A stretch of 63,514 nt of DNA, counting the filler, from Octopus bimaculoides (Eukaryota), in the NCBI RefSeq assembly GCF_001194135.2. It is 5 parts of 4 records of this genome, joined end to end, with 100 filler letters (N's around TTAATTAATTAA, not from the genome) between each part and the next. Parts side by side here need not be neighbours in the genome. Positions count along the whole stretch, not along the records: positions 16,252 to 44,495 come from NC_068987.1; positions 44,596 to 57,551 come from NC_068998.1; 3 more parts are not named here. One strand, 5' to 3'. Below, one piece after another: positions 38,214 through 50,213 of the stretch. Position 1 is the first letter of the stretch. Every line of letters starts with the position of its first letter. The translations under genes were made by a program, and so were the position numbers. The notes beneath the pieces were generated by a model, which searched no databases, was not told the origin of the DNA, and saw only the letters and a program-made list of their open reading frames with translations.

Positions 38214-40254
38214 GAAGGGAGAGACAAAGGCCTACCGAAAAAGAGATGACGGAACTCGTAAAGAGAAAACAATAAATTCGTAGACATTCATCTTAAAAAT
38301 GTTATCTTACATATTTGAAATAATTTTCCATAAGTACTTTTATGCACCCAGCGCTTGTATGAGAGGATCTCTTAAGGCTAATAAGCCAGTATTCGCTGTC
38401 CTAACAAGACATCCTTATTAAGTTGGATATAAAGATTACCTTTTGGTACTGATAAAGCCTCCATCGTTATTAATTAAATAACCATAAATTCATGTTTAAA
38501 ACCAAAATGTGTGTTTGGTTATCCAATCTCTATCGTATAGACTTTATGTATTTCTGGATAATGATAATGCTTTCTAGGGATCCGCATTTACCGTTACTAT
38601 ACTTGTTTAGCCTAAGATCAGCACTGATTGAGCTGACGTATGAACAGATACGTTCCATCCGTGGCCATTATGTTCTGTATGTTTGCGACTACATTGCTCT
38701 ACGTGACCTTCATTTACTAAGGACAGTTGGATGTGAATTAATGGTGACTTGAATGTTAATTCTACTCGGTCAGATGAACATGTAGAGGTTTGCTGGCGCT
38801 TAAATTGTTATTTACTTTTAACTCTAGGGTGGCCGACCTTTGATCCAACTGATCTTAAGCTTATGGAATCCCTTTGTCTATGCTAGATAGTTTGGTAAGG
38901 CGATTGCTTCTAATTCAAGGGAGATTCGGTTACTATAACTAGTAGCGCGAATAATTCTCGCACTGCTAATCATATTCCTTCTCGTCTTGACGCCTATTAG
39001 TTGCCTTCGTAACCCTTCGCAAAGGGAGCGAGATAGCGGAGTTATCCAAGTGTACATACCTGATCAGCCTAAAGAATTTGTAGCTTTATAAAATGAGAAG
39101 GAACTGAGCTCACAATATTCGTGATTGGTGTTTGTCTTAAACATTCTTATAAAGATTTCTATGAAAACTTTCGATGAATGGCAATAGGAATTCCTGAGCG
39201 TTGCACTTCTGGGGTGTCGCTTTGGGTAACGAGTTTAGTATAGGTCTGAACAGTAAATAGGGGTGTAAAGTCAAGCAGTGACTAGTGTGTTGGTTGTACA
39301 TTAAATGGAGACATTTGTAGGTAGCTAGTCCAGAGGGCATTATCGAAACGTATAAGATATATTGAGAGAAAACAAGGGCCTTTTTTCAAGAGATTGTGAC
39401 TTGATGGTTAGTGAATGGTTAGTTATCAGACATTCGAATTACCTTCCTCACATGTAGTTTAAAATGTTTGTTCGTAAAGCAAAAGAAAAAAAAAACTCTT
39501 TCAGATAAGTTAGCATTATTACATACGAACTGCAGAAATGAGCCAGGTCGAAGTATTTTGTCATGGTTTAATCAAATGAAGCAAAATAGTGCCATGAATT
39601 TTCGTATCTGATGAAAAAGATTAACGGAGGAAAGGGAGAGGAAGCCTAACTTATGTTTTGCTCAAACCGCGCAAATCAGGATCATGTCATCTTCGGGTTC
39701 TTGCAACAGGTAAGCGTCGACGAAGGGCAATCAAAGTGCAGAGCGTTGTATTGTTGATAGTAGTGATAAACCTGGCGTTTTATTTAGTATAACGTTCAAG
39801 AATAGTTGTATTTCATCCAATGGTCTTCCGCGCATTTCCAACCTATTCACTTTCTCTTGGAAAGCTTGAGGATATCTGAGATCCTGCTATTTATTGTTAA
39901 TAAAACGACTGGGATACACTATTTTTCGCATTTGTTATGAATTGTTCTTTTGCGATATAAAATGAAAATTAGTGTGATTACATTATACTTAGTTTTTGTG
40001 CTATAGCTTCATTTGATATCAATTTTAAAATGCATGAAAATTCCGATGTTTTAATTAGGATGATTAATATTCTTGCGTTTCTACTAATGAGTCGGTCAAC
40101 CGCACCTTATTTATAGGAGAAATAATAACTATATTCAATTATTGGATGACTCATACTGTTGGGTTTAAAAGACTGTAAAAAATGTCAACAAAGTTTATGG
40201 AGGTAAACACGGTAGCTGTGGGTGAATATCGTCAGTCTTTAATCTTGTGCTAAT

Positions 40255-40530
40255 GAAGGCGCGTGTCTTAGTGGTTAGGGCATTCGGCTTACATTCCTAA
40301 GTGCGTGAGTTCAATTCCCGCTGATTCGTTGTGTCCTTCAGCAAGACCACACAGCTGGCAAAACTGAGTAGTACTTGTATTTCGAAGGGCAAGCTTGACA
40401 GAGTACGTTAAGGATACACGTGTCTGTGGAGTGCTCAGCCACTTGCACGTTAGTTTCACCAGCAGGCTGTTCCGTTGAGCGGATCAACCGGAACCTTCGT
40501 CATCGCAACCAACGGGGTGCCAGTTAATCA
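40255..40530 (+). mobile_element. tRNA-derived SINE, family D
   Basis: A box GTCTTAGTGGTTAG, B box GAGTTCAATTCC; body GTCTGTGGAGTGCTCAGCCACTTGCACG; related tRNA heads at 40860-40960 (-) and 60005-60065 (+). Confidence 0.75.
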
Positions 40531-40992
40531 TTGAAATGCGGGCATGCTGGGGTAGCACCTTGAAGTATTTTAGCCGAGAGAATCAACTTCAGTGATTATT
40601 TTTTTAAGCCTAGTACTTTCTCTATCCGTCTTTTATGCAGAACCACTAGACAACGGGAGCGTAAACAAACCAACACTGGTTGTAAAGCGGTGGTGGGTGA
40701 CAAACATAAATACAAAGGCACACGTACACACACACACATATGTGTTGGACATTCTCGTCAAAGACGACGTATAAGCGTTCAGCTTTTACTGGACGACCTG
40801 CACATATGATGTGTTTATAGTGATCAAATGTTCGTGCCGCACATATAAATTGCCTCATACGTTTTGCCCAAGAACACAACGCACCACCCGGTCTAAGAAT
40901 TGAAATCACGATCGCTAGATCATGAGTGCAATGTCCTGACCACGAAGCCATGCACCCTCACACACACACACAAAGATATATACATATAAACG

Positions 40993-41133
40993 TTGAGCTT
41001 GATTCTCTTTCTTTCCCTGATGAGAAGATTACATTATTTTACACCATTTATTCCTTTGGAATAATACCAATGTTGTCTTCGAAACATATGTTGGAAGTAA
41101 AAGATTTTGAATAACACCTGCGTTTAACTCCAT
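40993..41133 (+). mobile_element. Solo PLE terminal-repeat fragment, closely matching 5277-5418
   Basis: About 140 bp aligns with only a handful of substitutions; set in TA-rich sequence. Confidence 0.8.
41012..41097 (+). ncRNA. Type I hammerhead ribozyme with apparently intact core
   Basis: Stem I TTTCC(41012-16)/GGAAG(41093-97); CTGATGA 41017-23; stem II GAAGA(41024-28)/TCTTC(41076-80); GAAA 41081-84; palindromic stem III ACATATGT 41084-91; N17=U 41092. Confidence 0.8.
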
Positions 41134-41147
41134 ATATATATATATAA

Positions 41148-41204
<57 letters not shown>

Positions 41205-41208
<4 letters not shown>

Positions 41209-41360
41209 AAGCTTCTTTCAATTCTTGTGTGCCAAATCCGCTTATAAACGCTTCCATTGGGCAGGGGCTATAGTAGAATGTATTTGTTCAATGTGAGGCG
41301 CAGCGGAACTGAACCCAAACCCATGTGGTTGGGAAATAAAAATTCTTACCATACAGCTAC
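41205..41360 (-). mobile_element. SINE family A copy
   Basis: GGAACTGAACCCAAACCCATGTGGTTGGGAA is the reverse complement of the family A head. Confidence 0.65.
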
Positions 41361-42251
41361 GCTTGTATCTCTATTTACTTGTGCTAAATGCTATGTTAAG
41401 TGTTTCCAGGTCCCTTTGGACATACATAAAAGAAAATGACCTCGGAGTAATAAGGTAGAATCGACAGAGGCATGCTTATAAAGAATAAATACGAATAGAA
41501 ATATATCACCTACCATTTAAGAAAGATTCTTGATTTATTAAACCTATCTTCACTTTCATTGGGAATTAAATAGATACTTACATTTGTGATCTCAAATAAG
41601 AAGAAAAGAAAATAAGAATCAAGTAGCTTCCGAAATTGACATATCATGGAGGAAAAAAACATTTGATTTTCTAGAAACAAGGGAGAGTTGGAAACACGTA
41701 TTTCTGCCTCAGCGGACGTCATTAGTTCAGCAATTTTCCTGACTTAAATACAACAGCCAAGTTATTTACACATATACATTAGTATATTGTAGAAATATTT
41801 GTGGCTTAGGGAAATTTGCATTATTAAGCAAATAAAGAATGAAATTTGTGTAGCTATTTGATGTCAGCTAAATGAAAACTGTGTCACATAATTAAATATA
41901 CAGTTGTCCTGACCTCTTCTGTGACGTTGTTTGCTGCACTTATATCCCAAGATATCTTCCACAATTTTAGGTCTTTATTGTCCAAGATTTCTTTGATCTA
42001 TCAAAGCATCATGTGACAACACGAATAATCAAAACAACAAGGCAGGCAGAGATCACAACAAGGTCATCACGTGTGGGCAAGATGCCAAAGAATGGAAAGA
42101 TTGAGAGAGGAAGAATGGAGAGAAAATGAGAGAGATAGAAAGATAAAGAGTATGAGACAGGCTGATAGCCAGACTTATGTAAACAGACAGACAAAAAAAT
42201 AAAAGAGCGACGGAGAGAAACTGAGGGAGGATTAAAAAGAGGGTAGGTAGG

Positions 42252-42328
<77 letters not shown>

Positions 42329-43297
42329 GAACAGGGACAGAGGAATAGAGAGACAAGCAAACAGTCAGACAGTCATACAGAGATGTGAAATAGAATGATT
42401 GCCATACTAAAGGTCAAACAACGCAGAAAGACCAATAACACCGACAGTACACACGAGAAAAACAAAATCAGACGATAAGATATACATCTGCATATTTTAC
42501 GTATTTTTTAAAAAATCAAAATAAATAAACAAACGTTGTTCACATGTCAGTAAGTGAAAATTTTTTTATCAGATATCATGGTGTATATATGTTATGGAAT
42601 GTAGAGATATGACACNNNNNNNNNNNNNNNNNNNNNNNNNNNNNNNNNNNNNNNNNNNNNNNNNNNNNNNNNNNNNNNNNNNNNNNNNNNNNNNNNNNNN
42701 NNNNNNNNNNNNNNNNNNNNNNNNNNNNNNNNNNNNNNNNNNNNNNNNNNNNNNNNNNNNNNNNNNNNNNNNNNNNNNNNNNNNNNNNNNNNNNNNNNNN
42801 NNNNNNNNNNNNNNNNNNNNNNNNNNNNNNNNNNNNNNNNNNNNNNNNNNNNNNNNNNNNNNNNNNNNNNNNNNNNNNNNNNNNNNNNNNNNNNNNNNNN
42901 NNNNNNNNNNNNNNNNNNNNNNNNNNNNNNNNNNNNNNNNNNNNNNNNNNNNNNNNNNNNNNNNNNNNNNNNNNNNNNNNNNNNNNNNNNNNNNNNNNNN
43001 NNNNNNNNNNNNNNNNNNNNNNNNNNNNNNNNNNNNNNNNNNNNNNNNNNNNNNNNNNNNNNNNNNNNNNNNNNNNNNNNNNNNNNNNNNNNNNNNNNNN
43101 NNNNNNNNNNNNNNNNNNNNNNNNNNNNNNNNNNNNNNNNNNNNNNNNNNNNNNNNNNNNNNNNNNNNNNNNNNNNNNNNNNNNNNNNNNNNNNNNNNNN
43201 NNNNNNNNNNNNNNNNNNNNNNNNNNNNNNNNNNNNNNNNNNNNNNNNNNNNNNNNNNNNNNNNNNNNNNNNNNNNNNNNNNNNNNNNNNNNNNNNA

Positions 43298-43615
43298 TAG
43301 GCGCAGGAATGGCTGTGTGGTAAGAAGCTCGCTTCCCAACCACATCGTTCTGGGTTAAGCCACATTGTGTGGCACCCTGTGCAGGTTTCTTCTGGTGTAG
43401 CCGCAGGCAAAGGACTGAAACAAGTAAAAGAATAAAACAATATATATATATAAAGGAGCAGGAATGGCTGTGTGGTTAGAAGCTTACTTCCCAACCACAT
43501 GGCTGTGGGTTTAGTCCTACTGCATAGCACTTTGGGCAAGTGTGTTCTTCTATAGCCTAGGGGCCGACCAAAGCCTTGTAAGTGGATTTGGGAGACGGAA
43601 ACTGAAAGAAGCCAC
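43298..43615 (+). mobile_element. Two tandem SINE family A heads/copies
   Basis: AGGCGCAGGAATGGCTGTGTGGTAAGAAG and AGGAGCAGGAATGGCTGTGTGGTTAGAAG. Confidence 0.75.
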
Positions 43616-44362
43616 CCCACCGCTCCACACACCCAACCACACGACCACCAGACACCCACGACACCATACCATCACACCACATCACACCACCCCTCACCGC
43701 GCCACACATACTAGCACTGACCACTTCCCAGCACTTACAACATACACCCTCAACCGCACAGTCACACACCATCATCCAGACACCGACACATTACACACAC
43801 ACACACTTACACACGCATACATCTACACACGTCAGTGTCAGAAAACCCTAACCACACACACACACACACTTACACATTCTCATATGCACACACACACATG
43901 CGCACCTTCATTTGGAGATCACCAATACTTTATTATCTCGCCTTCTTTCTAACTCTCCTGTCAACCTGTTTTTTCCAACCAGTCGCCATGCTTGACCGCT
44001 AAATTCAGATAGATAGATAGACATAATCATTTACTATGGAGGACAAGAGGTTGCCATCCCGTTATCCATCTCATCCAAATGCATGCTACTGAATATATTC
44101 TACTGAACGGAGCCAAAGGGACGCGTAGTGGCCTAACCATGACAAGTGGTAATGCCTGCAACACATGAAGGGCAATGCGGTATCTCAAATCCGAATGCAG
44201 AGTCGCAAGACCCCTGCTCCTACCTTTTGACAGTACTCTCAATACTCCACCTTCGTGACAAGTACTCATTTTAAGTCTGAGCTCCAGCATGGCCGCAGTC
44301 AATTGACTAAAACAAGTAAAAGAAATAAAAGAATAATACATCGATATATATATATATATGTG

Positions 44363-44408
<46 letters not shown>

Positions 44409-44595
44409 GTAGTATATTGCCACTTAAGTGTGGCTGACCCCTAGGGGTGGATGTTACTGTTGCTTTTAGCCCCAGGAGGACATCTCCTCCAGCTGNNNNN
44501 NNNNNNNNNNNNNNNNNNNNNNNNNNNNNNNNNNNNNNNTTAATTAATTAANNNNNNNNNNNNNNNNNNNNNNNNNNNNNNNNNNNNNNNNNNNN

Positions 44596-44651
<56 letters not shown>

Positions 44652-44713
44652 TATATATATATCTAGTATATATATATAGTATATCTAATATATGTATATA
44701 TGTATATATATAT

Positions 44714-45782
44714 TGTTACGAACGCCCGCACGCGAAGCACCTCAACGACTGAGAAAACTCTCGCGCGCGCGAACGTCGACGCTCAGTGAGTCGGGATGTT
44801 CGCCACGACTAAGCCCGGCCGGAGCACGCAACGATGACAACAGGCAAAAGGAAGGAATAACACAGACCATACGTTGCGTAGTGAAACTAACTTTTTTTCT
44901 TTACATCACTATACATCATCAATACAAAACAGAGCATAACAATAATTCTGAAATAACACATGTAACAATAGCGCATGCAACAACAGTCTCCAAGCATTTA
45001 ACATAATCAAAAGTTTACAATCAAAGTTCGTGCATCGAGAGTGAATCAAAAAGTTCTTTTACTTCGTTGTTTTTCTTTTCTTTGAACAACATGTAACAAC
45101 AAAGTTCTCTCTTTTCTTTTCTGCCAGTTAACATCACAGTTAACAAAAGTTCTTTCTTTTCTTTCTTTTCAACCAGTTAATATCACACAAAAGTTAACAA
45201 AGTTCTTTTAACATCATGTAACAACAAAGTACATTTTTCTTTAAAGAAATATACACAAACCTTCACCGTAAGAATTTCCTTTCCTTCAAATATCCCACTA
45301 CAATCACAAGAACTGACCAAACGTAGTCTACTACAATCTTTTGCCTGCCACAACAGTTCCATCTCTCTGTCCCTCTCTCTGACTCTCTCTCTCTCTCTTA
45401 GACTCTATCCATTTCTGCTGACTGGTACCTTCTGACCATAGCCTCTCTCTCTTAGCCTCTTTCTGTCAGACTCTCTGTTCATCTTGGTTCTCTTCACTCA
45501 CTGCTGGCCGTCACACACTTGTTCTTCACTGGCTACTGGCCTTTACATCAACTGCGATCCATCTTCACTCGCTGACCACTTCCACCAACTGCTGACGCCA
45601 ACTGCTTTTTTCAAATGTATGCTACCGTATTTATGACAAATACCGTAGCTCAACAGTCCTACGTTACCCCACTCCACAGCTGGGTCAGTTTAGTACAGTT
45701 CCTAACTTGTTTTTCTGAACTTTCGGTGACCGGAAAGGGTCAGTGATCACTCCTACGCTAAAGATAACTGTGCTTGTTGACA
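44714..45782 (-). mobile_element. Possible solo LTR (Gypsy-like) next to (TA)n
   Basis: TGTTAC terminus at 44714 and TGACA at 45778-45782; non-coding, about 1.06 kb; minus-strand ATAAATA followed by a purine-rich tract; no TSD found. Confidence 0.4.
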
Positions 45783-46547
45783 GGACAAAAGAAATACCAT
45801 TGTCCTCAACAACCAGAATACGGTTTCAAACCCAGCTCGGGGAATAGGGACATAACGTTATTTTGTATTTCGGCGGTCCGTATCAATATNNNNNNNNNNN
45901 NNNNNNNNNNNNNNNNNNNNNNNNNNNNNNNNNNNNNNNNNNNNNNNNNNNNNNNNNNNNNNNNNNNNNNNNNNNNNNNNNNNNNNNNNNNNNNNNNNNN
46001 NNNNNNNNNNNNNNNNNNNNNNNNNNNNNNNNNNNNNAAATTTCCACTTATTTCTTATTTTTATTTTCCTAAAATTTTCGTTGCGTCTTGCAACCTTTTC
46101 AATAGTCTTGACTCTGTCCGTTATTTACGTTGCCTTCTGTTTTTGCTTTTTTTGTTTTTGCGCATGCGTGTGTCTCAGTGTGTGTGTATGTATGTATGTG
46201 TGTGTATGTATATATGTATGTATGTGTGTGTTTGCATGTATGTATGTATGTATTCTGCATTTGTGTGTGTGTGTTTTTTATGTGTGTGTTCTTTTTATGT
46301 GTGTGTGCATGTGTGTATATGTATGTATGTACCCCTGTCTCCTTGTGTGTGCATGTCTGAGTTTGTGTGTGTGTGTGCTTTGCTGCTATGTACCATGTTT
46401 GCATGTATGAGTGCACATCTTCATATGTGTGTATATGTGGCCATGTGTTTTAGTCTCTATTTGCGTATGTGGCTGTCTGTTCATATACCCTATGTACCTA
46501 CCCGTCCGTATGTAGACCTGTTGGTTTACATATACATACATGTGCAT

Positions 46548-46621
<74 letters not shown>

Positions 46622-46639
46622 ACATACATACATACATCT

Positions 46640-46995
46640 ATCTGCATAAAAGCCCATCAACTGTTCTATTTTATTTGTGTAAAATGTGGGTATGGGGGTA
46701 TGATATCTATGTATATTTCCTATTTAGTATTGGAGAAGTTTCATTTATAAGGACGTACTCCCGTATTTGTCTTAGAGTTGGGTCTTTTGGGTGCTTGGAT
46801 AAGATGCGGATGTCAAGTTGACTCAAGTTGCCTCCATGCTGGTCTTTGGCATATTGGTAGAGTATGGAGGACTGTTTTTTGTCGTCATATTGTCTCATAT
46901 GTTCGTTTAGCCGTTCCGCAATGCTCCTAGATGTTTCACCTATATGTCATATGCAGGTCTTTACAAGCACCTTCCATGCATTTTATGCTGTAAAC
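46640..46995 (-). mobile_element. Penelope-like element GIY-YIG endonuclease fragment
   Basis: VYSIKCMEGAC..(frameshift)IGETSRSIAERLNEHMRQYDDKKQSSILYQYAKDQH...RQIREYVLINETSPILNRK; runs into a gap. Confidence 0.85.
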
Positions 46996-47539
46996 NNNNN
47001 NNNNNNNNNNNNNNNNNNNNNNNNNNNNNNNNNNNNNNNNNNNNNNNNNNNNNNNNNNNNNNNNNNNNNNNNNNNNNNNNNNNNNNNNNNNNNNNNNNNN
47101 NNNNNNNNNNNNNNNNNNNNNNNNNNNNNNNNNNNNNNNNNNNNNNNNNNNNNNNNNNNNNNNNNNNNNNNNNNNNNNNNNNNNNNNNNNNNNNNNNNNN
47201 NNNNNNNNNNNNNNNNNNNNNNNNNNNNNNNNNNNNNNNNNNNNATATATATATATATAAGCTTCTCTCTCACTTGTGTGTATTAACAACACATATTTGT
47301 ACATGAAATATCTGTGACTAGACTAAAGATATAATGAATCAGCAGCTATAGGTCTTTGAAATTGTGTACTGAAACTGAAATATACTAACGAGTTTCTCAA
47401 CAACAGACTGAAAACACCTAGAATGTCACATCAAAGATTTATTCTAAAAAGATCCTCAGTTATTCTTTGCAAGAATCTAGGTGCATCATGTTGATGTAAT
47501 AATACAACTTAAGTATACCTGATACTTTAATATTGCTTT

Positions 47540-48160
47540 ACAACGTATCGGGTAAATGTCCCACATATCTTCCATATCTTTTTCTGAAAATTGCTTAACT
47601 TTTTTATTATTTAAACGTTGCTTTTTCCAAATTTCAAGTGTTTCAATTTTGTTCCATTCATTTCAAAGTATGAACTTTTTCATTTTCATTTTTTTTTCTC
47701 TAAAAGTGTATGCTTTAAACGTAGTAGATTGATAATCTACACAGAAAATAATTTTAGGGTCAGGGATTGGCATTAGGATATAGGAATAGGATCTGGGTCA
47801 CTGTTAGAGTTTAGGATTTAGAGATAAGTTGAAGGTTAAAGTTTTGAGATAAGGCCTTATATTTAGGATTTAAGGTTAGGGTTTGGTGTAAGCACTTAAA
47901 ATGAATGATTTAGCTAAGAAATTGGGGTACTGAAATTATATCTAAATTTGTGTACAATGTTTTGCAGACTCATGGAAACTGTATATGTTTAAAACAATGA
48001 AATCTGAAAAAATATTCTAATAAAATTAAAAGAAAATTATCTCAAAGTATGTTGAATACTTTTTTTCAGTAGATTTACTATAGGTTAAATAAATTACTTT
48101 GCAATGTTACCATTTATTTCCTGAGTCTCCAACTCAGGCAACGTCAGGTATTTCAGCTAG
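47540..48160 (+). mobile_element. Non-autonomous Helitron-like element with degenerate TTAGG(G) repeats
   Basis: 3' end GGCAACGTCAGGTATTTCAGCTAG|T; inverted repeat CCTGAG/CTCAGG at 48120-48138; TTAGG-rich interior at 47755-47885; 5' boundary uncertain. Confidence 0.4.
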
Positions 48161-48406
48161 TCTAACAATAAAACGCAGTGTTTCACGCCAGTCAAGCTGG
48201 TGGATGGAAAGTAAAACAACAAAGGAAGTGGGAGTGAGTGGGGAGAAAGGGAATGTATAAAAATATAGAGTGAATGAGCAGCCTATCAACTGCTGGAGCA
48301 ACAGGCATTTTGATAAAAATAAAACTGCAAATTTTTGTTGTTTCTAAATGAATAAATAAAAATTTGAAAACAAAATATGCTAAGTGATGATGGAAGTTCA
48401 TACACA

Positions 48407-48491
<85 letters not shown>

Positions 48492-49214
48492 CCGCACACA
48501 CACATGCACACAGATATGCATAAGTACACAAACGATGTAACTTCTGATGGCGTCAAACGACAGAGAATGGGAGATAGGGAATAAAATTGTTATTGTAAAA
48601 GTTTATATTGTTTTGGTTTTCTTTTTCTGTGTTCACTTATTTATTCCAATGAAAATAAATTACATAGAAAACAGGAACACTGTTTAAAGGATATATCACT
48701 TGCTTCAATGAAACACAGACGACATTCAAACAGATCAGTCAACAGTCAACACCGATATCAAAATATGTTGCCAGTCATAGCAAAAACATTGTCCCAAGCA
48801 CTTAGTGAGACACTACTTAAATATTTAATTTTATATATTTAATTTCATGCACGCACACACACACACACACACACACGCACACACACACACACACACATGC
48901 CTGCGCGCGCACACACACACAAGCGCACACATATCTTCTTACATATAATAAAACGCTGGCAGAGAAAAACTGAAACTACAAGCAGAATGGGAATGTGTGA
49001 TAGTCAGAGATGCTTGATGCAGGCAAACTGTATTGAGAGGTTTTACTCTGAAGTCACTGCACAATTTTTATTGTATGTAGTATTTACACACACAAGAAAT
49101 TAAATATTAAACTTTTTGCTTTGAAAATATCGTTCACATAACATTTATACATATACATACATACATACATACATACATACATACATACATACATACATAC
49201 ATGCATACATATAT

Positions 49215-49516
49215 ATCTCCACGCAGAGCCAACCAAAATGAAGTGAAGGACAGTATAACAGAATTCTGTAGAAAATTAAGACTCACAGAAGCATTTACCA
49301 ATCACAACACTGAAGATGACTCACTAGTCAAAAACAAAAGTGAGCACATCCCACACAAAGGTAAAAATAAAAATCTAGATGAATTCTGCAACCACATCGA
49401 GAACTTCCCTTACCACACCATGCATAAACAGAGAGTAAACTCAAACTTTAACACTACACAATGGAAGGAACTAATAGAACTCCAAAATGATGAAGATATT
49501 ACGATTAAGGAAGCAG
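49215..49516 (+). mobile_element. Penelope-like element N-terminal/pre-RT fragment
   Basis: Stop-free EFCRKLRLTEAF..DDSLVKNKS..QWKELIELQNDEDITIKEA, up to the typical (D)KG motif at a gap. Confidence 0.8.
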
Positions 49517-49826
49517 NNNNNNNNNNNNNNNNNNNNNNNNNNNNNNNNNNNNNNNNNNNNNNNNNNNNNNNNNNNNNNNNNNNNNNNNNNNNNNNNNNNN
49601 NNNNNNNNNNNNNNNNNNNNNNNNNNNNNNNNNNNNNNNNNNNNNNNNNNNNNNNNNNNNNNNNNNNNNNNNNNNNNNNNNNNNNNNNNNNNNNNNNNNN
49701 NNNNNNNNNNNNNNNNNNNNNNNNNNNNNNNNNNNNNNNNNNNNNNNNNNNNNNNNNNNNNNNNNNNNNNNNNNNNNNNNNNNNNNNNNNNNNNNNNNNN
49801 NNNNNNNNNNNNNNNNNNNNNNNNNN

Positions 49827-49866
<40 letters not shown>

Positions 49867-50213
49867 GTGTGTGTGCGTGTGCGTGCGTGCGTGTATGGCC
49901 GCGTAGTAAAAAGTTTGCTGTCCAGCCACACTATAGCCTTGGGCTTACGAAGGCCTTGTGAGTAGATTTAATTGACAAAACCTGAAAGAAACCTATCATG
50001 TGTATGCCTGTGTGTGTCTTTGAGCCTATGCTTGTTCCACCTACCGCTTGGTTTGGTTACGTACCCTTAACATAGCAGTTTGACAAAAGAGACCTATAAA
50101 ATAAGTACCAGGCTCAAAAAACAAGTACTGGGATGTAGAGGCCTGTTCACTTAGAATCCCTATATAAAATGGCTGCAGTCTAATGACTGAAAGAGATTAG
50201 AAGAAGTAATATA

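Noticed and set aside
38340-39130. AT-rich degenerate segments (also 7715-8160, 20370-20640, 30660-31160) suggestive of old LINEs
   Set aside because: Only weak, frame-broken motifs; cannot be classified without a database search.
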